DNA from: Octopus sinensis
Taxonomy: Eukaryota
Assembly (NCBI RefSeq): GCF_006345805.1
Contig: NW_021836406.1
Span: forward strand, 1 to 25,986
Reading direction: 5' to 3'
Length of the DNA stretch: 25,986 bases
The notes beneath the pieces are model-generated. The model was not told the origin of the DNA. It saw only the letters and a list, made by a program, of their open reading frames with translations, and did no database searches. Of this stretch, positions 9,184-20,539 are shown piece by piece. Numbering within the stretch: the stretch's first letter is position 1; every line of letters starts with the position of its first letter. The position numbers and the translations under genes are program-made.

Positions 9184-10410
9184 ATATCTCGTGCAAAATG
9201 AGAGAACGATTAAATTCCTTCAGAAATTTCTGGAAATTTTAGACATTGTTTACACTTGCAGGCTCAACATTACTACCGAACATGGCACACAATACTAAAG
9301 TTACTCCCGACCTCGGAAAAGAAATTGTCAAGATGAAAGTTTCAGGAATGATTCTTTCGGCTATTTCACGAAACGTAAGAAGATCTAAGAGTGTAATTTC
9401 ACGTGTTCTTAAGCTCTATGAAGAAACCAAAGGCTTTGAACTGAACAAGGCGACTGGTAGACCACGCAAAACCACCATGCGAGATGATCGAGCCATGAAA
9501 TGGTACGTATTGAAGGATCCGTTCGAGACTGCGGCTGGAATTTCTAAGAAAATAAAAGTAAATAGTGGCACGAAAGTGAGCCCCTTTACAGTGATTCGTC
9601 GTCTGAAGGAATTTGGATTAAAGACTTGTTATCCGGCAACGAAACCTACCATCATCAAGAAGAATAAATTGGAAAAACTTTCATTTGTAGAAGCTCATGT
9701 GAACTGGAGGGATGAAACTTGGTCAAAAGTTCATTTTAGCAATGAAAGCAAATTCAATTTAGTAGGTTCATATGGTAGACAGTATGTTAGGCGCTTCACA
9801 GGAGATTGGCTAAATTCCAAAGGCTGAAGAAATCTGTCAAGTTTAGAGGAGGAAGCGTCATGGTGTGGGGAATGATTTCTTCTGAAGGAGTTGGCCCTCT
9901 AGTGCAGATTAAAGTGACTATTAATGCTAATATCTATTTGAATATAGTCAAACAGCATCTGATCCCATCATTACGAGCATTTCCGAATCAACCGTGCATT
10001 TTCATACAAGGTAACTTCCCTTGTCAAACTGCAAAGCGTGTCACTAGATTCTTTAGTGAACAAAAGATCCAAGCAATGAAGTTGCCAACATAAAGTCCAT
10101 GCTTAAATCCAATTGAAAACCTTCAGAAGATACTTGGAAACAAAGTAACACAAAGGGCACCAACTACTACGACGAATTTATGGAGATATTAGAAGAGGAA
10201 TGGAAGAAAGTAACACCTGACTTGTGCAGGAAACTTGTTATGTTCTATAGCAATCGATGTGCAGAGGTGATGTCCAACAAAGGTCTATAAAACTTCATAC
10301 TAACTGTATTCAGTTCATATTTACATTTCTTTCAATCATTATTATGGTTTTGAGTTAATTGAAGCATTTTTTGGTTTGATTGTCCTCTTATTTTGCACAT
10401 GAGACATTTA
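9184..10410 (+). mobile_element. Tc1-family DNA transposon, full length but inactive
   Basis: Imperfect TIRs TCTCGTGCAAAATGAGAGAACGATTAAA (~9187-9214) and TTTGATTGTCCTCTTATTTTGCACATGAGACA (~10375-10406), TA dinucleotides at the ends, transposase pseudogene inside. Confidence 0.9.
9282..10303 (+). pseudogene. Tc1-like DD34E transposase pseudogene
   Basis: GRPRKTT linker; WSKVHFSNESKFNL (D to N), GGSVMVWG, FIQGN (D to G), *SPCLNPIE with 34 residues between the second acidic position and E; frameshift near 9820, stop at 10091-10093, further frameshifts. Confidence 0.92.
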
Positions 10411-10425
10411 GACGAAACTAGTATT

Positions 10426-10656
10426 AGTGCTGGTAGAATCGTTAGCACACCGGGCGAAATGCTTAGCGGTATTTCGTCTGCCGTTATGTTCTGAGTTCAA
10501 ATTCCATTGAGGTCGACTTTGCCTTTCATCCTTTCGGGGTCGATTAAATATGTATCAGTTACGCACTGGAGTCGATATAATCGACTTAATCCGTTTGTCT
10601 GTCCTTGCTTGTCCTCTCTGTGTTTAGCCCCTTGTGGGTAGTAAAGAAATAAGTAT
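10426..10656 (+). mobile_element. SINE family B, full length (tail type 1)
   Basis: GCTGGTAGAATCGTTAGCACACCGGGCGAAATGC...GAGTTCAAATTCC...CCCCTTGTGGGTAGTAAAGAAATAAGT. Confidence 0.9.
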
Positions 10657-11042
10657 TAGTGTTAGTAACTTTTATTAATACCATTGTTACAAACAGATTT
10701 TTCACAGAATTTAGATAATGGTTAATCATATTTACGAAACCAATTTCTACGTTTACTAGCTTTTCCGAAATAAAAAAAAAATATTAATCGTTCTCTTTTT
10801 TTAGCTCGCTACTGTATATACTAGACTAAAAATATCTATACATCAAGAAATTTGTAGGTGGGTTATGTTGCCGAATTGGATACGCGTGAAGCCAAGTAAG
10901 CATTGACGTAGTGTTCACTTCCCAATGGTTCGGCTCATCTTTCTTTTTCAGTCAATTGTTTAGATTTAGTCGCTCAAATTGGAGCATATTATTAAAAAAC
11001 TATATATATTACAGTCATTATATATATATATATATATATATA

Positions 11043-11084
<42 letters not shown>

Positions 11085-11107
11085 ATTTTTAATGTATTGC
11101 ATATCAA

Positions 11108-11180
11108 GGAGGCGAGCTGACAAAGTCGTTAGCACGCCGGGCGAAATGCTTCGCAGCATTTCGTCCATATTTCCGTTCCG
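11108..11180 (+). mobile_element. SINE family B head fragment
   Basis: GGCGAGCTGACAAAGTCGTTAGCACGCCGGGCGAAATGCTT. Confidence 0.8.
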
Positions 11181-11511
11181 CGATCGTCTTTGCCATAACT
11201 ACGCACAGTTTCTCCTCTCTGTCCCAAGTCACTGTATTCCTCTTCTATTTTTTAATTATTTCAGTTCTCCCTATCAGGAAGGAAATAATTTCTAACAAAA
11301 GTACAAAGCTTTATCGTTGAAATGCAGATAACAAAATCAATGTCATATTTTGATCTTAAATATCTTGCATATTTTTTGCTGTTCCGCTTACAAATTGCAT
11401 TTATAATGAGCGCGTTAGGTGATTGATTTATGAGTTTGAAAACCACCAGCTTTTGCAGATTGTCATTTAAGCATCTTCTCACAAAACCATATATATATTA
11501 GAACATTATGA

Positions 11512-11658
11512 TAACCAGAAATGTGAACCCTTTTTAAGTTTCTTCCTGATGAAAAGATGTTGCCTTGGATTTCCTTAATGGATTGTACATTAACGATGTG
11601 AAGCAGCATCATTTGAAACGATCGTAGGGATGAGCTTGAATGGACTCTGTTCTGGTTA
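11512..11658 (+). ncRNA. Type I hammerhead ribozyme motif (Penelope-like element/retrozyme type)
   Basis: Core CUGAUGA 11546-11552; stem II AAA+GAUGUUGC (11553-63) / GCAGCAUC+A+UUU (11603-14) with distal hairpin UUAAUG/CAUUAA; GAAA 11615-18; 2-bp stem III within palindrome ACGAUCGU; cleavage triplet GUA 11624-26; bulged stem I (UUUAAGUU 11533-40 / AGCUUGAA 11633-40) closed by a perfect 9-bp UAACCAGAA/UUCUGGUUA helix. Folded by eye. Confidence 0.78.
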
Positions 11659-12140
11659 CCTTACATTTTATTTTTTTATATTTATATTCTTATATTTTTA
11701 TATATTTATATTATTTCAGCTCCATTGCCTCAAATTTTTAGCCGCCTTTATTATGCATGGATTTATTCCATATATTTTTCTTCATTCCACTTCACTCGTA
11801 TTACCCGTTTAGGTTTTATCACCTTTTATTCGTGTATACGTGTATATTCTATACTGTTGGGTTTTACTATTAGATGCCCTATTATTTTAATATATATATA
11901 TATATATATTCGATTTTTGATAATTTGGGAAAGATATAAAGTTGTTTTGACCGATTGGAGCGTTAATTCATTACAACATTCAATTTATTTCTCCATTCGC
12001 CTTAGTGTCACCTGACCACTTCCAGCTACAGTCCTATTTTTATCTTTATTTTTATTTTTGCTCTTCGGTTTAACGAAATTGCTTTTCGGTTTGACGAAGT
12101 TAGAAAATGATTCTCTTATATATATGTGTGTGTGTGTGTG

Positions 12141-12190
<50 letters not shown>

Positions 12191-12220
12191 ATATGTATGT
12201 ATATATGTATGTATGTATAT

Positions 12221-12362
12221 AGACAACTGATGAAGAGTCCTTTCTCCGTGTTTACTTGAACTGTTTTCCATTTTTATCCTATTGTTTATTCAATTCACTC
12301 GTTTGTCCCTTGTTTGTTTACGTTTTCCATGTTATTTGCACCGTTGGTGACGTCCTGTAGCC
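12221..12362 (+). repeat. Unclassified ~140-bp interspersed repeat (copy 1)
   Basis: GACAACTGATGAAG...CTGTTTTCCATTT...TTCCATGTT..TTTG..GTTGGTGACGTC.TGTA.CC is homologous to 15259-15390. Confidence 0.8.
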
Positions 12363-12459
12363 ATATGTGCATGTATATATATATATATATATTGATTTCC
12401 ATCGACATCCGAGTTTTATCATGGCTACCGAATAATTGTCACATATTACATTTACAGAA

Positions 12460-12504
12460 ATATAAATATATATATTATATTATATATATATATATTATAT
12501 TATA

Positions 12505-12570
<66 letters not shown>

Positions 12571-12580
12571 ATATATTATT

Positions 12581-12615
<35 letters not shown>
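12460..12615. repeat. Imperfect (TA)n array
   Basis: TA runs. Confidence 0.9.
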
Positions 12616-13030
12616 TTGTATAGAACACACACATACATCTATATTTTTATGAATACATACATCATACAATAGACATTTATATATATATATATCTACTCCA
12701 ATGCACACACATTAAGAGTGGAAAATGAAAAATGAAAGCCAACGTCAAAATGATCACCACCACCGTCACTACCACCCACCACCAACACCACAACAGCAAC
12801 AAAACAAACAAACAAACAAACAAAACAAGCCGTTAAGCTAACATTAACGATGCAACTGTCACCTCTCTTGACTCCAAGAATTGAGAAGGAGCTAATACTG
12901 TGACCCAGTTTTCGTCAGCCATATTACATTACCAAAACGCGACCCTATTACTGCAAGAGTCTCACAGAGACTTCCTGTGCCTTTAATACTTATCTTTCGC
13001 AACAATATGTCCGCTAAGCGAGAAGGACAT

Positions 13031-13032
<2 letters not shown>

Positions 13033-13128
<96 letters not shown>

Positions 13129-13480
13129 TATATATATATATATATAATCTATATATATATATAATAAATAATATATTATATAACATATTATATATATAAT
13201 ATAATTATATATACATATATATATAATAATATATATATATATAATATATATATATATAATAATATATATAATATATATATAGTATATATATGCATATGTA
13301 TATATATATGTATATTATATATATATTATATATATATATACATATATATATATACCTATATATATATTATATATATATATAATATATATATATATATATA
13401 ATATCATACATATAATATATACATACATACATACATACATACACCACACGCACACACACACACACGCACACACACGCATA
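13033..13480. repeat. Long (TA)n array followed by (TACA)n/(CA)n
   Basis: About 390 bp TA, then TACA and CA tracts. Confidence 0.95.
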
Positions 13481-13672
13481 TAATTTATATTGTGTATTAT
13501 ATATTATATATATTTGTATATATATTAGAAGCTGGCAATTTGGTTTTTGTGATTGTTGTTGCTGGTTTTGTTATTGTTGTCTTGGATGTTAGTATGCATT
13601 TAATTATTATGTTTACGGTTTAGCTTCGCGTTTAGATTCAATATTATTACTAACCCGAAAAATATGTGCACA

Positions 13673-13873
13673 TACAAGAGGGTGCTGAAAAGCTCTTGGC
13701 TTTGGGTAAAAGAAAATGCAGGAGGATCAAATTAATTATGATTTTATTCAACATATTCCCCTCTCGGATTCATACAGTTATTGCAGCAGTCCTTCACTTT
13801 TTCTAAGCCCTGTAAAAGAACTCGCAAGATTGGGCCTCCTTTAAAACGAGGAACTTTTTAGCACCCCCTCGTA
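13673..13873. mobile_element. Mariner-type MITE (copy 2)
   Basis: TACAAGAGGGTGCTGAAAAG ... CTTTTTAGCACCCCCTCGTA inverted termini with TA ends; non-coding interior matches 8843-9013. Confidence 0.85.
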
Positions 13874-14082
13874 AATATAAATGTTTGAGCAGAATGTTAT
13901 TTCTACACAAAATCATATTTCGTGATTTTGTGCATATGAGATAGACAGACAGACAGACAGATAGATGGATCGATCGATCGAAGGATAGATAGATACATAC
14001 ATACATATATACATACATAGGAGAGACAGAAGACAGCCAGCCAGACAGACAGACATATTTATGGCACAAATATATGAGCTGG

Positions 14083-14240
14083 ACTTCCACACAGTTTCCG
14101 CTCACCGAATTAACTCACAACCCATTGGTCGGCCCTAGACTATATTAGAAGACGCTTGCCCAAGTTGCCACGTGGTGAGACTGAACCTTAAACCGCGTTG
14201 TTGCAAACCGAGTTTCTTAACCGCACGACTTGTGCCTATG
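14083..14240 (-). mobile_element. SINE family A variant, head half
   Basis: TTCCACACAGTTTCCG...TTGGTCGGCCC..GACTATATTAGAAGAC.CTTGCCCAAG..GCCAC..GGACTGAACC (reverse complement of head and CORE-like block). Confidence 0.8.
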
Positions 14241-14444
14241 CTGAAGAAACTGTAGGCGTATCGTGTATGAAAACGGCTTGCAGTTGATTGCGTGCATATG
14301 GAGGGCCGCATACAACAGTGCATGGCGTTTATGCATCGGTAGTTTGTTGAAACGCTTGCATGTAGAGATGTACGCCTAACTGTCTTTGCAAGCAGGTATG
14401 CTGCCATGTGTACCACTGTAATAGCATTTTGATGCGAGTTACTT

Positions 14445-14848
14445 TTATCTTTTATTTGTGTTAGTCGTTGGACTGCGGCCATGCTGGGGCACCAACTTGA
14501 ACGATGAATTTTCAGTTGAATGAATCGATCCCAGTACAAATTTCACCCGTTTTAAGCCAAGTATCGGAGGCGTAAACACTCCAGCACAAGCTGCCAAGCG
14601 ATGGTAGGGGACACACACAGAGAAAAAGATACACACACACACACACACAACACACACACACACACAATAAATATATATATATGTATGTACACGATGGGCT
14701 TCTTTCAGTTTCTGTCTACCAAATCCACCCACAAGGTTTTGGTCGGACAAAAACTATAGTAGAAGATACGTGCCTAAGGTGTCACATAGTGGAATTGAGC
14801 GCGGAACCATGTGGTTGGGAAGTAAATTTACCATACAGCCAAACCTGT
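14445..14848 (-). mobile_element. SINE family A, full length, with internal microsatellite
   Basis: GACTGCGGCCATGCTGGGGCACC tail, CA/TA tract, GGGCTTCTTTCAGTTTC...GGAACCATGTGGTTGGGAAG head. Confidence 0.9.
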
Positions 14849-14868
14849 CTACTATTTGTTTATATATA

Positions 14869-15135
14869 TCACCTCGACCGCCGGTCACAGCACGCTGTCC
14901 ACTCCTCTCTGGATTGCGTCTTTCTCATCCACGTGATCCCAATCGTCCTCCTGAAATCGTAACTGCAGCGTCGTGGAGGCCTTCCGAGTGGTCGTTTCCG
15001 CTCGCGCGGGTACCACTCTAGAACTGCGCGGGTCCACCGATTATCCGTGAGCCGGGCGACGTGTCCAACCCATCTAAACTTGCTGCGTGTATACTCTGCG
15101 ATGTTTTCGTTCGGTTTCCTTGTATGTCTCCACTG
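14869..15135 (-). mobile_element. RTE-clade LINE, 3' end of ORF (5'-truncated)
   Basis: SKFRWVGHVARLTDNRWTRAVLEWYPRERKRPLGRPPRR...WMRKTQSREEW matches the RTE C-terminal WAGHVAR/GRPxxRW motifs. Confidence 0.9.
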
Positions 15136-15258
15136 TCCTGTTTTTGTTCCCAACTTTGACCCTCCATAAATTCCAAATTTTCTTTTGGTACTTATGGGAG
15201 CAACTGTCTTCGAAAACTCATATTGTCGTTCAATGCTTGAAATGAGGAGCAGATAGAT

Positions 15259-15390
15259 AGCCGACAACTGATGAAGGGTCGTTCTTTATGTTACTTGTCC
15301 TGTTTTCCATTTGTTTCTCTCGTTGTTTGCGTATTGAACTCATTTGTTTTCGTATTCCATGTTGTTTACTGTTGGTGACGTCTTGTACCC
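15259..15390 (+). repeat. Unclassified ~140-bp interspersed repeat (copy 2)
   Basis: Homologous to 12221-12362. Confidence 0.8.
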
Positions 15391-15415
15391 ATATATGTAT
15401 ATGTATATGTATATA

Positions 15416-15493
15416 TCGATGTAATCGACTTAATACCTTTGTCTGTCCTTGTTTGTCCCCCTCTATGTTTAGCCCCTTGTGGGGAATAAAGAA

Positions 15494-15496
<3 letters not shown>
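15416..15496 (+). mobile_element. SINE family B tail type 1 fragment
   Basis: TCGATGTAATCGACTTAA...TGTCTGTCCTTGTTTGTCC...GCCCCTTGTGGGGAATAAAGAAAT. Confidence 0.8.
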
Positions 15497-15525
<29 letters not shown>

Positions 15526-15780
15526 ATGTTAATTCTCTCATTCTTTTACGTTTCATTCATTGGATGGTGTCCATGCTGGAACACTGCAGTACAGTACCAT
15601 CACCACTAAAACATCTCACTTCTATCATCACCAACATGCCAGAACCACCTGTATCAGTATGAGCTGACGGAAGGCCCGTATGTGGTCGCTTGAAAAATTA
15701 GAAATAGACGCTAAATCTATTCATATTGCAGCCTACCCTCTTTAGATGAAGGAACGTAGTTAGTCCAATACATCTCATAT

Positions 15781-16012
15781 TCATCATCATTACCACCACC
15801 ACAACCACCACCCACTACAACAACCACCACTACCACCATCAGCAACATTATCATCATCATTTTCGTTATCAAACATTGCTGATGTTGTCGTCATCATCAT
15901 CATCATCATCATCATTGTCATCATCATATTTATTAACAAAGCTATCATCGTCATCGTCGCTGTCCTCATCATCATCATCATCATCACCATCACCACTACC
16001 ACCACCATCATT
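15781..16012. repeat. Imperfect (CAT)n/(CAC)n repeat
   Basis: catcatcat and accacc runs. Confidence 0.85.
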
Positions 16013-16089
16013 ATTACACATATGTTTTTCAACAGATTGTTCCCAATATTTTCGCATTGTCTTTTGTTTTTTTTTGTTGTAGCAGATGT

Positions 16090-16247
16090 AGAAAGAAAGG
16101 GAGTAAAACGAGGAAAGAGATGGGGGGGACAACGGGAAGAGGTAGCTTGTCAGAGAGAATAAAGGAAAGAGGATAGAAGGAAGTGAGAAAAGGAAAGGGA
16201 GAAAGTCATAGAACAGAGAGAGAAGGAGAGGAAGAAATTATATATAC

Positions 16248-16298
<51 letters not shown>

Positions 16299-16301
16299 AC
16301 G

Positions 16302-16358
<57 letters not shown>

Positions 16359-16410
16359 GTTACAATAGCGGAAAGAGAAGAGATCAAGATAAACAGTTAT
16401 ACAGACACAC

Positions 16411-16489
<79 letters not shown>

Positions 16490-16500
16490 CAGACAGAGAA
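16090..16500. repeat. Purine-rich block with (TG)n, (TA)n, (GA)n, (GATA)n
   Basis: Directly visible. Confidence 0.9.
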
Positions 16501-16689
16501 TGAGAAAAAAGTGAGGCGAATTTGCTGGAAAGGATATCGGGTAAAAAGCAATATGGCGTAAAAACGGCAACTAATTATGTTTCTCTTCATTTTGGTCAGA
16601 TTATAGCCACCGGAAGCAGATGGCGTCTAAATTTCCTTCATACTCCGCCATATTGCCTTTCTGTATCCCCTTTCACACCAAACACACTC

Positions 16690-17099
16690 ACACTACGCCC
16701 CACATTTTACCTCAACTTACAGTTTCTCTCCGTTTCTTTGTATTTTTCTCTTTATTTCTCCTTCTCTCTCTGTATTTATCTCTCTCTGTATTTATCTCTC
16801 TCTCTCGCTCACACTTGCTTTCTGTATGTCTCTCATTCGTCTCTCCTTCTTTCAACCCCTCACTCTCTCTTTCTACCCTCGTCTGTCTTTCTACCCCTTC
16901 TCTCTTTCTCTCTCTGTTTTTCACTACCCTATCATTACCTCTCCTTTTCTCTCTTTTTCTATCTGTGTCCCTTTTTATCTCTCTCGCTCACTCTACATCT
17001 CTCTCTCGTATTCCCTGCTTTTCATTCAACCAATCACGATTTCTCCTTTTCTCTCTTTCTATTTCTTTCTCTTTATCTCTCTCTATCTATCTATATTTC

Positions 17100-17138
<39 letters not shown>

Positions 17139-17395
17139 ACCTCTCTCTCTTTGTTCTCCCGCTTTTTCACCTAACCTCTTACCCTGTCTCTGTCAATGTC
17201 TCCTTTTCACTCTGTCGCACTCTCACTCACTGACTCTCTTACATTCTCTCCCGTTCACTTTTTTTCTCTCGTTCTCTCTCTCCTCTATCTATCTACTATC
17301 TATCTATCTGACTGTCTCTCTCTCCCCATCTCTCTCCCTCTATATATATATATACACCAATCTATATGTATCTATCTCTATCTATCCATCTTTTA

Positions 17396-17426
<31 letters not shown>

Positions 17427-17510
17427 TATTCTCTCTTTCATACTATCTCTCACCCTCTCTCACTTCAGTCTCTCAGTCATTATATCCCTCTTTATACTTC
17501 ACACTAACTA
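16690..17510. repeat. ~800-bp pyrimidine-rich (CT)n/(TATC)n low-complexity tract
   Basis: Directly visible; source of the 329-aa L/S/F-rich ORF. Confidence 0.9.
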
Positions 17511-17850
17511 ATGCACAAACAAAACAATATGTCTGACTTCATACTTTATCGCTCTGCTATGGCAAATAAATTCTCAACGCCTTTCTATTGTTTTGTTTTA
17601 TATTTTATTTTATTTTTTTCGTCTTCCCGTTCGTTGCTCTTCCAAGGAAAGATGGCAGCCGTTGCCACTGCCAGAGAACAACGTAAAACACACACCTAAA
17701 CAGGATGTATAAATTGGCTGCGGATATATATCGTGTGCGTGTGTATGTGTATGCTTTGGGTGGGTGTATGTGTGTGTGAGCATCGTATACATGTGTGTGT
17801 GCGAGCATATTAGTACACACATATTGCATGCTTATATATATATATATATA

Positions 17851-17907
17851 TACATACATCATACATACATACATACATACATACATACATACATACATAC
17901 ATACATA
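17851..17907. repeat. (TACA)n microsatellite
   Basis: Near-perfect run. Confidence 0.95.
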
Positions 17908-18031
17908 CAAACAAACATATATACATGAATACAACGATGTATACACATAAATAGAAGCGTGTATGATTATGCGTTTAAGATAGCTGCATAGATATCGTGA
18001 TGGGTAGACAGATAAATTTGGCAGGTATATA

Positions 18032-19206
<1,175 letters not shown>

Positions 19207-19209
19207 AAT

Positions 19210-19304
19210 TGTATAAACAATTGTGTTGCAGAAGTATAACCATTTTATTGTAGATAAAATTTTAACAACAAAATCTTTCGTGGACCCCCATTTGAGAACC
19301 GCTG
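19210..19304 (-). mobile_element. Terminus of a hAT/Charlie-like MITE
   Basis: Minus strand reads CAGCGGTTCTCAAATGGGGGTCCACG, resembling CAGTGGTTCTCAA-type hAT TIRs; partner end not found. Confidence 0.5.
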
Positions 19305-19325
19305 TTCTATGGAGTTGCTTAAACT

Positions 19326-19640
19326 GCTAGAAATAGCAACCAAAGTTTCGCAAATCACACTCTACTGCCTTAGTAAAGGATACGTCAGATAATATAGATA
19401 CTGAGTTCGTTGAGTAGAGAAAAAATGGGGTGGTCATGGCTGGTAAGATTGACTTTTATGATTTACTCAGAAGGAAAGGAAAGAGCTTTTATATAGTTAT
19501 TTAAATAGCTAGAAATAGCAACCAAAGTCCCGCAAATCAAACCCTACTGCTTTAAGGACACGTTGGATAATATAGATTCTAGGTTCCTTGAACATAGGAA
19601 TAAGACGGGATGTTCATGGCTGGGAACATTTATGTTTTTT
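19326..19640 (+). repeat. Tandem dimer (~182-bp period) of a short interspersed repeat
   Basis: GCTAGAAATAGCAACCAAAGT..CGCAAATCA.AC.CTACTGC.TTA...GATAATATAGAT...GG..TCATGGCTGG at 19326 and 19508; related fragments at 22255-22435. Confidence 0.8.
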
Positions 19641-20031
19641 AATGATTTTGTCAGGTGTAAAAGGAAGTGTCACAGATCCACCGAATCTGGTGACATTGAT
19701 ACAGTTTGAACATCTGTAAACTGACGTATTTAGGAAAAATGTGGGCGGCAAAGGTAATGCCAGATGGGTGAGTCTAGCGGTTACTGCAAGGCCTATGTGG
19801 GTGGTGGTGAGAGGAGAGACAAAGTGTCGATGACTATAGAGGATATGTTTTTATATGATTGGGTTGGGGGGGTCGTTGTATAAAGTTTGGGGACGATTGA
19901 CTTACACCCTCGCCAGATTTAACAGAGACACACACATACACGCACAAGGACAGACGGTTCCTTTAGGGCATTCAGTTTTGTTGCAAATATTCAGATCAAG
20001 TCTCCAGATGAATCTAGCTTTATTCTCCTAC

Positions 20032-20224
20032 CTCCATCACCGCCACCACAACTACCACCGCCGCCCCCACCACAACCACCACCACCGTCGCCGCCGTCAC
20101 CGCTAGCAGCAGTAGGAGTCTCGCCAGGCTGTGAAAAAGAGGGCATTGCTCCTTCTTCACTTAGTGATGACGGTAGTCTCTCGTAATCCGCGAAAGACGA
20201 TTCAGTAATTTCTTCCAGAACTAC
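20032..20224 (-). CDS. Candidate host-gene exon (S/P/G-rich), unassigned
   Basis: Acceptor TATTTTGTGCAG|G; only phase 0 is open: VVLEEITESSFADYERLPSSLSEEGAMPSFSQPGETPTAASGDGG...; possible donor GAG|GTAGGA at 20031 or stop at 19991. The mirror frame on + is also partly open, so the strand is uncertain. Confidence 0.3.
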
Positions 20225-20296
20225 CTGCACAAAATATTTGTTTATAGTGAGCAAAGATTCGTGCCGTGCATTAGCTCACTCCCTCCGTCAAATCAT

Positions 20297-20533
20297 GGAG
20301 GTGCGTGGCTTAGTGGTTAGGGCGTTGGACTTATGATCGTGAGATTGTGGTTTCGATTTCTGGATCGGTGACGCGTTGTTGTTCTTGAGCAAAACACTTT
20401 ATTTCACATTGCCCCAGTCCACTCAGCTGGCAAAAATGAATAACCCTGCGATGGACCAGTAGGGAATTTAAATGCCATAGAAACCGGCCCTTATGAGTAG
20501 GCATGACTCGAGAAGGTAACCTTTACCTTTACC
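20297..20533 (+). mobile_element. SINE family C with alternative tail ending in (CTTTA)n
   Basis: GGCTTAGTGGTTAGGG head, GAGCAAAACACTTTATTTCAC..CCAGTCCACTCAGCTGGC, then a tail unlike that of 6723. Confidence 0.85.
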
Positions 20534-20539
20534 CTATCA

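Noticed and set aside
12890-12920. Minus-strand CTGACGA with a short hairpin
   Set aside because: Hairpin is followed by AGCT, not GAAA; not a hammerhead.
15790-16132. Poly-Asp/Met/Ser ORFs
   Set aside because: Translations of the (CAT)n repeat.
16522-17511. 329-aa ORF, the longest in the track
   Set aside because: Read-through of a (CT)n low-complexity tract that lacks stop codons by composition.
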